Shown here one piece after another: positions 52,919-64,000 of a stretch of 64,000 bases of DNA (positions are counted from its first letter, which is position 1; every line of letters starts with the position of its first letter). The stretch covers positions 159,402,001-159,466,000 of the forward strand of contig CM075978.1 in NCBI GenBank assembly GCA_038087875.1, read 5' to 3'. The notes below the pieces were generated by a model. The model was not told the DNA's origin. It made no database searches and saw nothing but the letters and a program-made list of their open reading frames with translations. The translations under genes were made by a program, and so were the position numbers. This DNA comes from Malacoraja senta (lineage: Eukaryota).

Positions 52919-54064
52919 TAAAGCTCCCTTACCACACCAGTAAACTTCCTCCCCAAAAAGTGGTCCCAGTTCTGTTGAGATCCATTGAAAAGTCCACTTT
53001 GAACAGGCTCCTCCTGCCCCAGTACTGCTGGTCAATGCCCCCAAGAATTTGATGCATTGTCATTGTTTCTTTCCATACAGTCTGGTTTTCTGTTGAATTT
53101 AGCTGGTATGCAATACCAGAAATTGTCTAGAGATGATTACTTTTAAGGTCCAACTTTTTAATTACTTCTCTGGTTCCTGAAAGTGTAACTGCAGGGCACT
53201 AGCACCTACTCTCCCAATCTTGTTGGTGTCAAGATTTGGTTCATCCAGTTCCCTCTGTAGAATGGTTTGCAAGATCTCAATTCTGTATTTTACCTTGGCA
53301 GCAGGGGGGTGGGACATGCAATGTGTAGGCCACATATACTATTTCTGAAATACCAGTCACTTTCTGACTCTGCAATTCTGTACAGGTCTTGTATTTCTAT
53401 CCTTCACTCTTTTCCTCTCTTATGGCTTCATCCTCACATGCAATCTTTTTTGTCCCACATTACCAAGTTGTATCTCCTCCTTGATGCCATCACTCACACA
53501 ACCTATAAAACGTAATATCGCTGTGAGAGAGTCCCACACTCTGAAGCTCGATGCAGTTCTTACTCCTTCATACACTTTTGGCTGACCACCCACTTGAAAC
53601 CACAAGGTGACCACCTCTTAAAATGTATGATCTGAGAAATTCCTTTATGCTCTAATGTAATAAAAAGGAACTGCAGATGCTGGTTTATACCAAAGATAAA
53701 CACAAAATGCTGGAGTAACTCAGCTGGTCAGGCAGTATCTCTGGAGAAAATGGATAAATGACATTTCGGGTCCAGACTCTTCAGACTGATTTTAGGTGGG
53801 AGAGTGGGAGGTGAAAAAACTGCAAGGGAAAGAAAGGACAAATCAGGGCAGCAAAAGGTAACCTCAGGCAAGGAGGTTCCCCAATAGACCGATTTTTGGA
53901 TAGAAACAGGTGTGAGCCCAAGAGGCATAGATACATCGTTGAGAACTGCAAAACTGGTTAACAATGTATAGGAGCGCACATCGGATGTAGTAGTTGAGGT
54001 TTATGGTCTTTATGGTTTTCCTTGTATGCTCAAAATCTCCATTTATGTCCAAGTCATTGATATA

Positions 54065-54666
54065 CAGTGCATTCAGAAAGTATTCAGACCATTTCACTTT
54101 CTCCACATTTTGTTACATTACAGTCTTATTCTAAAATGGATTAAATTCTTTTTTTTTATCATCAATCTACACAGAATATCCCGCAATAAAAAAGCGAAAA
54201 CAGGTGTTTAGAAAATTTTGCAAAGTAATTAAAAATAAATAACTGAAATATCACATTTACATAAGTATTCAGATGCTTTACTCAGTACTTTGTTGAGGCA
54301 CCTTTGGCAGCGATTACAGCCTCAAGTCTTCTTGGGTATGACGTTACAAGCTTGGCACACCTGTATTTGGGTAATTTCTCCCACTCTTCTCTGCAGATCC
54401 TCTCAAGCTCTGTCAGGTTGGATGGGGAGCGTCGATGCACATCTATTTTCAGGTCCCTCCAGAGATGTTTGATCGGGTTTAAGTCCGGCTCTGGCTGGGC
54501 CACTCAAGGACATTCACAGACTTGTCACGAAGCCACTCCTGCATTGTCTTGGCTGTGTGCTTAGGGTCGTTGTCCTGTTGGAAGGTGAACCTTATTTTAA
54601 AATAAGGTTGTAACGTAACAAAATGTGGAAAAAGTGAAGGGGTCTGAATACTTTCTGAATGCACTG
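54065..54666 (-). mobile_element. Internally deleted Tc1 copy
   Basis: Terminus CAGTGCATTCAGAAAGTATTCAGACC; keeps transposase C-terminus FQQDNDPKH...KGASTKY. Confidence 0.92.
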
Positions 54667-54974
54667 TCTATCACAAGCTCCAGAGATCCCCGCACAGATT
54701 CCTGAATAGCGCCTTTCCACCACAACCCTCCATCGTCTAGTATTAAGGCAGATCTGAATCCATATGAGCAAGTCACTGTTAATCCCATGTGTCTTAATCT
54801 TCTGGATCAGCCTACCATGGGGGACTTAGTAATATTTTCTTAATTTATTTGATATGCTGTCCTTGGGATCTGGGGAATTATCACCTTTCAGTCTCATTAA
54901 TTTCTCCCATATTTTTTTTTTCACAATGCTATTTCTTTTTATCTCCCCATTTATTCTGGATCTTTAGTCCTCCA

Positions 54975-55190
54975 CATGGTGGTGCAGCAGTAGAGTTGCC
55001 GCCTCACAGCGCCAGAGACGTAGTCAGGTTAAATCCTGACTACGGGTGCAGTTTGTAGGTTAATTGGCTTGGTTAAATTGTCCTAGTGTGTGTAGGATAA
55101 TGTCAGTGTGTAAGGATCACTGGTCGGCGCAGACTTGATGGGCCAAAGGGCTTGTTTCTGCGCTGTATCTCTAAACTAAACTAAACTAAA
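54975..55190 (+). mobile_element. HE1-type SINE, internally deleted
   Basis: ggtggtgcagcagtagagttgccgcctcacagc...ctaaactaaactaaa. Confidence 0.82.
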
Positions 55191-55478
55191 TTTTCTAGGA
55201 AGTTTTTGAGTCTTCTGTGGAAACACATGCCAATAAGTCCAATATAATTTCTACTTTTCTTTTCCTTACCAATGTTCTGGTTGTACTTTGCTGAATATTG
55301 AAATATAGTGCCCTGTGGGATGCATCGTTGATTTTCTTGTTTATACCCTGTCCTTCATTACGATTGATTTTTGCTGCTCTTTATTGATTATTGGTTTCAT
55401 CCAAACTAATTCTACTTGATTTACTCAGCTGAGTTCCTTACTTTATCTATTGCCATTATCTCATTTTCTTTCAATATA

Positions 55479-57078
55479 CAGGGCATTCAGAAAGTATTCA
55501 GACCCCTTCACTTTTCCCATATTTTGTTACGTTACAGCCTCATTTTAAAATGGATTAAATTCTTTTTTTATCATCAATCTACACACAATACCCCAGAATG
55601 AAGAAGCGAAAACGGGTGTTTAGAAATTTTTGCGAAGTAATTAAAAAGAAATAACTGAAATATATCACATTTACATAAGTATTCAGACCCTTTGCTATGA
55701 CACTCAAAATTGAGCTTAGGTTCATCCTGTTCCCATTGATTATCCTTGAGATGTTTCTACAACTTAATTGGACTCCACCAGTGGTAAATTAAATTGATTG
55801 GACATGATTTGGAAAGGCACACACCTGTCTATATAAGGTCCCACAGTTGACAGTGCATGTCAGAGCAAAAACCAAGCTATGAAGACGAAGGAATTGTCCG
55901 TAGACCTCCAAGACAGGATTGTGTCGAGACACAGATCTGGGGAAGGGTATAAAACAATTATGCAGCATTGCAAGTCCCGAAGAACACCGTAGCCTCCGTC
56001 ATTCTTAAAGGGAAGAACTTTGGAACCACCAGGACTCTTCATAGAGCTGCCCACCGGGCCAAACTGGGCAATCGGGGGAGGAGGGCCTTGGTCAGGGAGG
56101 TGACCAAGAACCCGATTGTCACTCTGACAGAGCTCCAGAGTTCCTCTGTGGAGATGGGAGAACCTTCCAGAAGGACAACTATATCTGCAGCACTCCACCA
56201 ATCAGAGCTTTATGGTAGAGTGGCCAGACGGAAGCCACTCCTCAGTAAAAGGTACATGACAGCCCACTTGGAGTTTGCCAAAAGACACCTAAAGGACTCT
56301 CAGACCATGAGAAACAAGATTCTCTGGTCTGATGAAACCAAGGTTGAATTCTTTGGCATGAATGCCAAGCGTCACGTCTGGAGGAAACCAGGCACCGTTC
56401 ATCAGCTGGCCAATACCATACATGGTGGGGATGTTTTTCAGCACCAGGAACTGGGAGAAAGGATCGAGGGAAAGATGAACGGAGCAAAGTACAGAGAGAT
56501 CCTTGATGAAAACCTGCTCCAGAGCATTCTGGACCTCAGACTGGGGAGGAGATTCACCTTCCAACAGGACAACAACCCTAAGCACACAGCCAAGACAACG
56601 CAGGAGTGGCTTCATGACAAGTCTGTGAATGTCCTTGAGTGGCCCAGCCAGAGCCCGGACTTGAACCCGATCGAACATCTCTGGAGGGACCTGAAAATAG
56701 CTGTGCATCGACACTCCCCATCCAACCTGTCAGAGCTTGAGAGGATCTGCAGAGAAGAATGGGAGAAATTACCCAAATACAGGTGTGCCAAGCTAGTAGC
56801 GTCATACCCAAGAAGACTTGTGCTGTAATCGCTGCCAATGGTGCCTCAACAAAGTACTGAGTAAAGGGTCTGAATACTTATGTAAATGTGATATTTCAGT
56901 TATTTCTTTTTAATTACTTTGCAAAAATGTCTAAACACCTGTTTTCGCTTTTTTATTATGGGGTATTCTGTGTAGATTGATGATAAAAAAAAATGAATTT
57001 AATCAATTTTAGAATATGGCTGTAACATAACAAAATGTGGAGAAAGTGAAGGGGTCTGAATACTTTCTGAATGCAATG
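55479..57078 (+). mobile_element. Tc1-family (DD34E, IR/DR type) DNA transposon, full length but defective
   Basis: TA TSDs, about 210-bp TIRs with repeated AAGTATTCAGACC motif, 1600 bp. Confidence 0.95.
55879..56860 (+). pseudogene. Tc1 transposase pseudogene
   Basis: MKTKELSVDLQDRIVSRHRSG, then frameshift at about 55960; WSDETK; QQD-x34-E (NPIEHLW); deletion at about 56420; C-terminal frameshift. Confidence 0.9.
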
Positions 57079-58578
57079 TATGGGTGACACAACTACTTTT
57101 CCATTTTGCCTATCTCTTTAAAAAATCCTGGGATATTTCATTCCTATCCTCGGTCGCTTGTGATCATGTTTCTGTAATGGATATCAGATCATGCAAGTCA
57201 ATTTCTATTTGTGTTTAATTAATCCACCTACCTTGTTACAAATGCCCTTTGTTACAACATATTCCACTTAGTACAATTTAATTTTAACCTTTAAAATGAA
57301 TGATTAAAACATTTTAAAATATTATTCTTGTGTGTTTCCCCTTGATAATTACTGGATTGGGATAGAAAGAAGTTGGAAAACTGACTTTATAATTTTTATT
57401 CACAGCAACGGCCCAATCAAATTCATTCTAATGCACTCTATTTTATGCATCCATTCTTACCTTGACTGTCCAAGAATCCATTTTTCTTTATAACATGTTA
57501 AATGGTCATTTAGAAATGATCGTACAATCAGTGAAACAATGCATCACACTGTAATAAAGCATTTTATCATAAAGGGTGAAGATGGTAAACTACAGCCTAC
57601 TCTTAATTTAACCTTGCCTATTAATTTAAATCAAGTTCATAGAACGAGAAGCTCCTCCTGTGTCTTTTTATTAGAGTTGCTTAATTCAATCTATTTGGTA
57701 GAATAAGTACATTAGTATAACTTCTATAATGTTTTGATTTTATGATCGTGAGAAGCACAGATTGTAGGTGGATATTAATAATTTTACTCTAGTATGTAAA
57801 TTATACCGCCAAACAATGCCACTGATGGATGTGAAACACTCCTGTGGGGGAAATAGTGTAACAGTAACATGTTGAAACAGTAAAGAATTTCATATACATG
57901 CACTATATATTGTGCGATAAAATCATTTATTTCATCATATTTTCTGTTTAACCATAATGTACTGTTTTTAAAGATTGGCCATAATGATACATGAAAAACA
58001 ATAACTTCTTATTTACTTTTAGGTATTCGTATGGTACAAATTTAAGAAGACATGAAGAAACGTCAAACCTTTTTGAAACTACAATCCTGTCATATGAAGG
58101 GAAAATAGAACTGTGACTGTACTGTGAAGGGAAAGTTAAAGTATTGATATTGTTTATATCCATTTCAGCTTTTAAAGCCAATCCTTTGACCTACATTTTA
58201 AATCATCATGAAGCTATTTTTTTTTTCAATTCAGTGCACTTTGAGTGCATAAATAAAGATCTTCAGTGATGACTGTTTGTTACCATTCCACTTTGGAAGG
58301 TACAACAACTAACAGAGTGCATCTCTACAGTTAGCCAACTCCCTGTAAATTAACATATTTTGGCATAAATGCAAATGTTATCAAAGCCAATAAGCTCGTG
58401 GTGAATAACACTCAGCAAAAAAACTAAGAATACGGACTACAAATTAAGAAACTAATAGTTATCAGCCACTTGTGCTAAATGTCCACATATAGCGGCAGTG
58501 TGAGCTATATGCTTTTTGAAATTCAAATTCATTACATTTCAGAAGTGTTGTACAATGTGCCATCATTTCAATGTGTCG

Positions 58579-61331
58579 AGAAACATAGAAACATAGAAAC
58601 ATAGAAATTAGGTGCAGGAGTAGGCCATTCGGCCCTTCGAGCCTGCACCGCCATTCAATATGATCATGGCTGATCATCCAACTCAGTATCCCGTACCTGC
58701 CTTCTCTCCATACCCTCTGATCCCTTTAGCCACAAGGGCCACATCTAGCTCCCTCTTAAATATAGCCAATGAACTGGCCTCGACTACCCTCTGTGGCAGA
58801 GAGTTCCAGAGATTCACCACTCTCTGTGTGAAAAAAGTTCTTCTCATCTCGGTTTTAAAGGATTTCCCCCTTATCCTTAAGCTGTGACCCCTTGTCCCGG
58901 ACTTCCCCAACATCGGGAGCAATCTTCCTGCATCTAGCCTGTCCAACCCCTTAAGAATTTTGTAAGTTTCTATAAGATCCCCTCTCAATCTCCTAAATTC
59001 TAGTGAGTATAAACCAAGTCTATCCAGTCTTTCTTCATAAGACAGTCCTGACATCCCAGGAATCAGTCTGGTGAACCTTCTCTGCACTCCCTCTATGGCA
59101 ATAATGTCCTTCCTCAGATTTGGAGACCAAAACTGTACGCAATACTCCAGGTGTGGTCTCACCAAGACCCTGTACAACTGCAGTAGAACCTCCCTGCTCC
59201 TATACTCAAATCCTTTTGCTATGAAAGCTAACATACCATTCGCTTTCTTCACTGCCTGCTGCACCTGCATGCCTACTTTCAATGACTGGTGTACCATGAC
59301 ACCCAGGTCTCGCTGCATCTCCCCTTTTCCTAGTCGGCCACCATTTAGAAAATAGTCTGCTTTCCTGTTTTTGCCACCAAAATGGATAACCTCACATTTA
59401 TCCACATTATACTGCATCTGCCAAACATTTGCCCACTCACCCAGCCTATCCAAGTCACCTTGCAGTCTCCTAGCATCCTCCTCACAGCTAACACTGCCCC
59501 CCAGCTTAGTGTCATCCGCAAACTTGGAGATATTGCCTTCAATTCCCTCATCCAGGTCATTAATATATATTGTAAATAGCTGGGGTCCCAGCACTGAGCC
59601 TTGCGGTACCCCACTAGTCACTGCCTGCCATTGTGAAAAGGACCCGTTTACTCCTACTCTTTGCTTCCTGTTTGCCAGCCAGTTCTCTATCCACATCAAT
59701 ACTGAACCCCCAATGCCATGTGCTTTAAGTTTGTATACTAATCTCTTATGTGGGACCTTGTCGAAAGCCTTCTGGAAGTCCAGATACACCACATCCACTG
59801 GTTCTCCCCTATCCACGCTACTAGTTACATCCTCGAAAAATTCTATAAGATTCGTCAGACATGATTTACCTTTCGTAAATCCATGCTGACTTTGTCCAAT
59901 GATTTCACCACTTTCCAAATGTGCTGCTATCCCATCTTTAATAACCGACTCTAGCAGTTTCCCCACTACCGATGTTAGACTAACTGGTCTGTAATTCCCC
60001 GTTTTCTCTCTCCCTCCCTTCTTAAAAAGTGGGGTTACGTTTGCTACCCGCCAATCCTCAGGAACTACTCCAGAATCTAAAGAATTTTGAAAGATTATTA
60101 CTAATGCATCCACTATTTCTGGAGCTACTTCCTTAAGTACTCTGGGATGCAGCCTATCTGGCCCTGGGGATTTATCGGCCTTTAATCCATTCAATTTACC
60201 CAACACCACTTCCCGACTAACCTGGATTTCACTCAATTCCTCCAACTCCTTTGACCCGCGGTCCCCTGCTATTTCCGGCAGATTATTTATGTCTTCCTTA
60301 GTGAAGACGGAACCAAAGTAGTTATTCAATTGGTCCGCCATATCCTTGTTCCCCATGATCAACTCACCTGTTTCTGACTGCAAGGGACCTACATTTGTTT
60401 TAACTAATCTCTTTCTTTTTACATATTTATAAAAACTTTTGCAGTCAGTTTTTATGTTCCCTGCCAGTTTTCTTTCATAATCTATTTTTCCTTTCCTAAT
60501 TAAGCCCTTTGTCCTCCTCTGCTGGTCTCTGAATTTCTCCCAGTCCTCTGGTATGCTGCTTTTTCTGGCTAATTTGTACGCATCATCTTTCGCTTTGATA
60601 CCATCCCTGATTTCCCTTGTTATCCATGGATGCACTACCTTCCCTGATTTATTCTTTTGCCAAACTGGGATGAACAATTTTTGTAGTTCATCCATGCAGT
60701 CTTTAAATGTCTTCCATTGCATGTCCACCGTCAACCCTTTTAGAATTAATTGCCAGTCAATCATGGCCAATTCATGTCTCATACCCTCAAAGGTACCTTT
60801 CTTTAAGTTCAGAACCATTGTTTCTGAATTAACAATGTCACTCTCCATCCTAATGAAGAACTCAACCATATTATGGTCACTCTTGCCCAAGGGGGCACGT
60901 ACAACAAGACTGCTAACTAACCCTTCCTCATTACTCAATACCCAGTCTAAAATAGCCTGCTCTCTCGTTGGTTCCTCTACATGTTGATTTAGATAACTAT
61001 CCCGCATACATTCCAAGAAATCCTCTTCCTCAGCACCCCTGCCAATTTGATTCACCCAATCTATATGTAGATTGAAGTCACCCATTATAACTGTTTTGCC
61101 TTTGTCGCACGCATTTCTAATTTCCTGTTTGATGCCATCCCCAACTTCACTACTACTGCTAGGTGGCCTGTACACAACACCCACCAGCGTTTTCTGCCCC
61201 TTAGTGTTTCGCAGCTCTACCCATACCGATTCCACATCCTCCAAGCTAATGTCTTTCCTTTCCACTGCGTTAATCTCCTCTCTAACCAGCAACGCTACCC
61301 CACCTCCTTTTCCTTTCTCTCTATCCCTCCT
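58579..61331 (-). mobile_element. Young 5'-truncated CR1 LINE
   Basis: (TTTCTATG)n tail; possible gagaa TSD; uninterrupted ORF2. Confidence 0.95.
58683..61292 (-). CDS. CR1 ORF2 (partial APE endonuclease + reverse transcriptase), N-terminally truncated
   Basis: YRPP, MGDFN, SDH, SPGPD, NYRPVSLTS, GVPQGSVLGP, FADD; 869 codons with no stop. Confidence 0.92.
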   Translation of the reverse strand: MLVREEINAVERKDISLEDVESVWVELRNTKGQKTLVGVVYRPPSSSSEVGDGIKQEIRNACDKGKTVIMGDFNLHIDWVNQIGRGAEEEDFLECMRDSYLNQHVEEPTREQAILDWVLSNEEGLVSSLVVRAPLGKSDHNMVEFFIRMESDIVNSETMVLNLKKGTFEGMRHELAMIDWQLILKGLTVDMQWKTFKDCMDELQKLFIPVWQKNKSGKVVHPWITREIRDGIKAKDDAYKLARKSSIPEDWEKFRDQQRRTKGLIRKGKIDYERKLAGNIKTDCKSFYKYVKRKRLVKTNVGPLQSETGELIMGNKDMADQLNNYFGSVFTKEDINNLPEIAGDRGSKELEELSEIQVSREVVLGKLNGLKADKSPGPDRLHPRVLKEVAPEIVDALVIIFQNSLDSGVVPEDWRVANVTPLFKKGGREKTGNYRPVSLTSVVGKLLESVIKDGIAAHLESGEIIGQSQHGFTKGKSCLTNLIEFFEDVTSSVDRGEPVDVVYLDFQKAFDKVPHKRLVYKLKAHGIGGSVLMWIENWLANRKQRVGVNGSFSQWQAVTSGVPQGSVLGPQLFTIYINDLDEGIEGNISKFADDTKLGGSVSCEEDARRLQGDLDRLGEWANVWQMQYNVDKCEVIHFGGKNRKADYFLNGGRLGKGEMQRDLGVMVHQSLKVGMQVQQAVKKANGMLAFIAKGFEYRSREVLLQLYRVLVRPHLEYCVQFWSPNLRKDIIAIEGVQRRFTRLIPGMSGLSYEERLDRLGLYSLEFRRLRGDLIETYKILKGLDRLDAGRLLPMLGKSGTRGHSLRIRGKSFKTEMRRTFFTQRVVNLWNSLPQRVVEASSLAIFKRELDVALVAKGIRGYGEKAGTGY

Positions 61332-62782
61332 GAGAAGCTAAGAAATAGTTGATATCGTGTGATCTCTTTACCAGCTGCATCCACCAAAGTATGCAGATCC
61401 ATAATATATATCCTCATAACATATCGCCAAGATTCAGAATAGATCAGGAGCCACAAAGGTGTACTTGCATTGGTGAAATTTGGTATAGCTGTAATGAAGA
61501 CATTTCGAAAACAGATCGAGGAATTTTAAATCTGTGTCTGTCCTGGAAAAGTTTGCAGTTAAATTGACAGCAAACTAGACGTAAAAAGGATTTGGGAAAG
61601 GTTGATAATTTCTATATTCTTTCTCAAATGGCATGCAGAATTCATTTGTACTTGTGTGGTTGGACTGATAGATGCTAGACTCAGTGATGGATTCTGACTT
61701 TCTGCCTGTGTATTTTTTTCCATAATCAAAGTAGACTACTTATTCAAAGTCCTCAATCCTATTTGAAACTTCAATGACAAATTAAGTGAACTGACTCCAT
61801 GAAAAGTGACTATGGCAAAAAAAGAACTGTAACCTTGCCTTACTGAGAGGAAGAAAATATATCACTTCGTTGACATAGATGACATGGCATCTTCGGTATT
61901 ATAAAAGCATCATTGATACTGATTTCTGGATCATTATTTTTGGCCCAACTGAATTTAGTATGACCCTTTACTATTATTACCAATCCTGTTCTCACATAGT
62001 GACCTCTTTGTTTATTGAGTGTGTGATGTATTTGCTCGACTGCAAAGGGAAAAGAAGTCTAATCTTTTTTTAATTATTTTTTTGGTTTATACTCATTGTC
62101 TGCTGCCTGTTTCACAAAGAGGGAAATGTTATCTTCACAACAGTTGTGTAACAGCCATCAAATAGATGACCTTTCTACCCATTAACAGAAGACGGTCTAT
62201 CAGACAGCAATTAAGTAATCAATTTTCTCAGTTGAGTAGGTCTTTATCTTGATTAGAAAACAACTAGTAAATTCCCTTTTCTGTTTGCCAACTAATTTGA
62301 ATGTTAAGACCATCTGTCCACAAGGGCTGTTACTGAAAAAGGAGGTACAGTTTAAAACTGTTACACCCTCTGTGTTTTGACTGCTCCACTGCAAATCTCC
62401 TCAAGGTATGCCTACTTTGAAGAAGTTACCCTCCTCTTTCCAACAGGTGTTCTGTGACCCCTTCACTTACTGCTCCCCTTCTGTGTGAGTCTGAAGAAGG
62501 GTCCAGACCTAAAACATCACATTTCCATATTCTCCAGAGTTGCTGCCTGACCCACTGAGTTACTCGAGCATTTTGTGTCTGTCAATAAAACTTCACATCA
62601 GAACACTGTAATTACTGATTAGTCTATGTTCATGTTATATTCTATGTTATTCGATGTTAATGTCAATCTCCAGGATTGACATTAAGGAATAGGATGAATA
62701 CTGATATTTGTTCATATGTGGCAGGCAGAGGTAAACCCCTCGCGTATATAATTTGAATAATCAGACAATCCAATAGTGAGGA

Positions 62783-62990
62783 TAGACACAAAAAACTGGA
62801 GTAACTCAGTGGGACAGGCAGCATCTCTGGAGAGGAATGGGTGACGTTCAGGTCGAGACCCTTCTTCAGACACGACCCGAAACATCACCCATTCCTTCTC
62901 TCCAGAGATGCTGCCTGTTCCTCTGAGTTACTCCAGCTTTTTGTGTCTATCTTCAATTTAAACCAGCATCTGCAGTTCCTTCCTACACAA
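62783..62990. repeat. Inverted pair of Penelope-derived repeats (another sense copy at about 62489-62582)
   Basis: 62783-62856 is the reverse complement of about 62873-62950. Confidence 0.88.
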
Positions 62991-64000
62991 TCCAACAGAG
63001 GCACGTGTAATTGCCAATTATAGAACAGTTCAATCTCTGATAGATTGTACTGCTCTATATTAATTGAGTGATCACTCCAAGACATCCTCAATAAGTTCAA
63101 GGGCACAATCTCTTTATTTGGGAACATCCATGATTGGTAGCACTTTTTTCAACTTCTTAAATGGCATTTTCTTCATCTGCAAATTGGAAAATGATGACCA
63201 AAATCTCGAGGGCTATTCAAATCACAGAACTACATAAGAAAGGTTTAAAGAGATATGTGGGCAAATGGGACTACATTGGATGGAAATCTTGGTAGGCCAA
63301 ATGGTCTATATCCTTCCTGTATGACTGTGCCTGTTTCACACGTGGCTCAGATATAATAATTTAATATCTTAGGTACACATGCATAATGTATGACCCCGTG
63401 GCATTCCCAGTATTTTCCTGTTCCTGTTAAATAGTACTACTGATAGAGTTGTAATTTTATCCAGTCCGTTAGTTCAATTCTGAATTTTTTTATGAAACTC
63501 GCAAAGTTTTCTTTTGCATATGATAAGCAAGATGTGGTTCCTTAATTTTAGTAGTAGTCTGAACAGCAGTTTATACCAGAAAAAAATTGTACATCTGTGT
63601 GCTGAAAGATTTATAATATAAAACGAAAACAGCAACTGCTGTAATGAAAGTTAAAATCACATTGTACATGTGCTTCCCCATGACTATCTAGAAAGATGGT
63701 TGACCGAGAAGAACATGTAATGGGCGGGTGAATGGAAACATTTTTCTACCATAAACCTAATATTGGAACTAATTTGGTGTTGTAGAATAGTGACAATTTG
63801 CATTTGCTGTTTTAAATGCAAATTAAAATTGGATTTAGATATAGTATTACCTTTTTAATGTGATGAAAACCAAAGTTTGAATGATGTTCTATAGCTTTAT
63901 ACTTTTCTAGTTTTAAGTCAACCTTAAATAGATATATAAGTATTGTGCAAACCTAATGTAAATATTGCAGTTTTGGTACACAAATATTAATTTAACATCA

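Larger units (their letters stand above)
57406..64000 (+). other. NFAT5: Putative terminal non-coding (3'UTR) exon of NFAT5; end not determined
   Basis: CTGAC branch point at 57381, T-rich tract, cacag| at 57405; AT-rich unique sequence follows; mammalian NFAT5 has a spliced, very long 3'UTR exon. Confidence 0.5.

Noticed and set aside
59071-61341. Plus-strand ORFs over the CR1 (and similar ORFs over the Hero, Vingi and Tc1 elements)
   Set aside because: Antisense or alternate-frame shadows of transposon ORFs
12548-62990. CRISPR-like or prokaryotic system suggested by recurring short repeats
   Set aside because: Repeats are dispersed, diverged and kb apart in a spliced vertebrate gene; no spacer array or cas genes
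2593-63743. TonE/ORE-like TGGAAANNYNY matches (e.g. 2593, 10482, 11241, 63733) as autoregulatory sites
   Set aside because: Degenerate motif expected many times by chance in 64 kb of AT-rich DNA; no clustering seen

Overview
Eukaryotic (vertebrate) genomic DNA. The repeat content (HE1-type SINEs, CR1/HER1 LINEs, Penelope elements) points to a cartilaginous fish, probably a skate or ray; this is inference. The window holds the middle and 3' part of NFAT5 (TonEBP) on the + strand. I traced 11 coding exons from 1607 to 49889 with GT-AG boundaries. Their splice phases chain into one open frame (4361 nt plus one upstream base, about 1453 aa to the TAG at 49887-49889), covering the NLS region, the Rel-homology/IPT domains and a 2449-nt Q-rich exon. 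A probable stop-containing cassette exon lies at 1291-1347, and a probable 3'UTR exon starts at about 57406. The introns are packed with transposons: a young CR1 with an open ORF2, a Vingi/Ingi-like LINE, a Hero-like RLE LINE, Penelope and RTE remnants, two Tc1 copies, Harbinger and hAT MITEs, and HE1, Deu- and LF-SINE-like repeats. Most striking: (1) a ~130-nt retroposon whose 5' head folds as a minimal HDV/CPEB3-like ribozyme (14347-14399, minus strand); (2) about 18 Penelope-derived repeats carrying a minimal hammerhead-ribozyme motif, strongly biased to antisense within the gene; (3) NFAT5 features, namely the apparently ancient poison exon, absence of the mammalian MGGAC start and Y143, and periodic aromatic 'sticker' repeats. 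Family names and comparisons to human NFAT5 come from recalled knowledge, not database searches.
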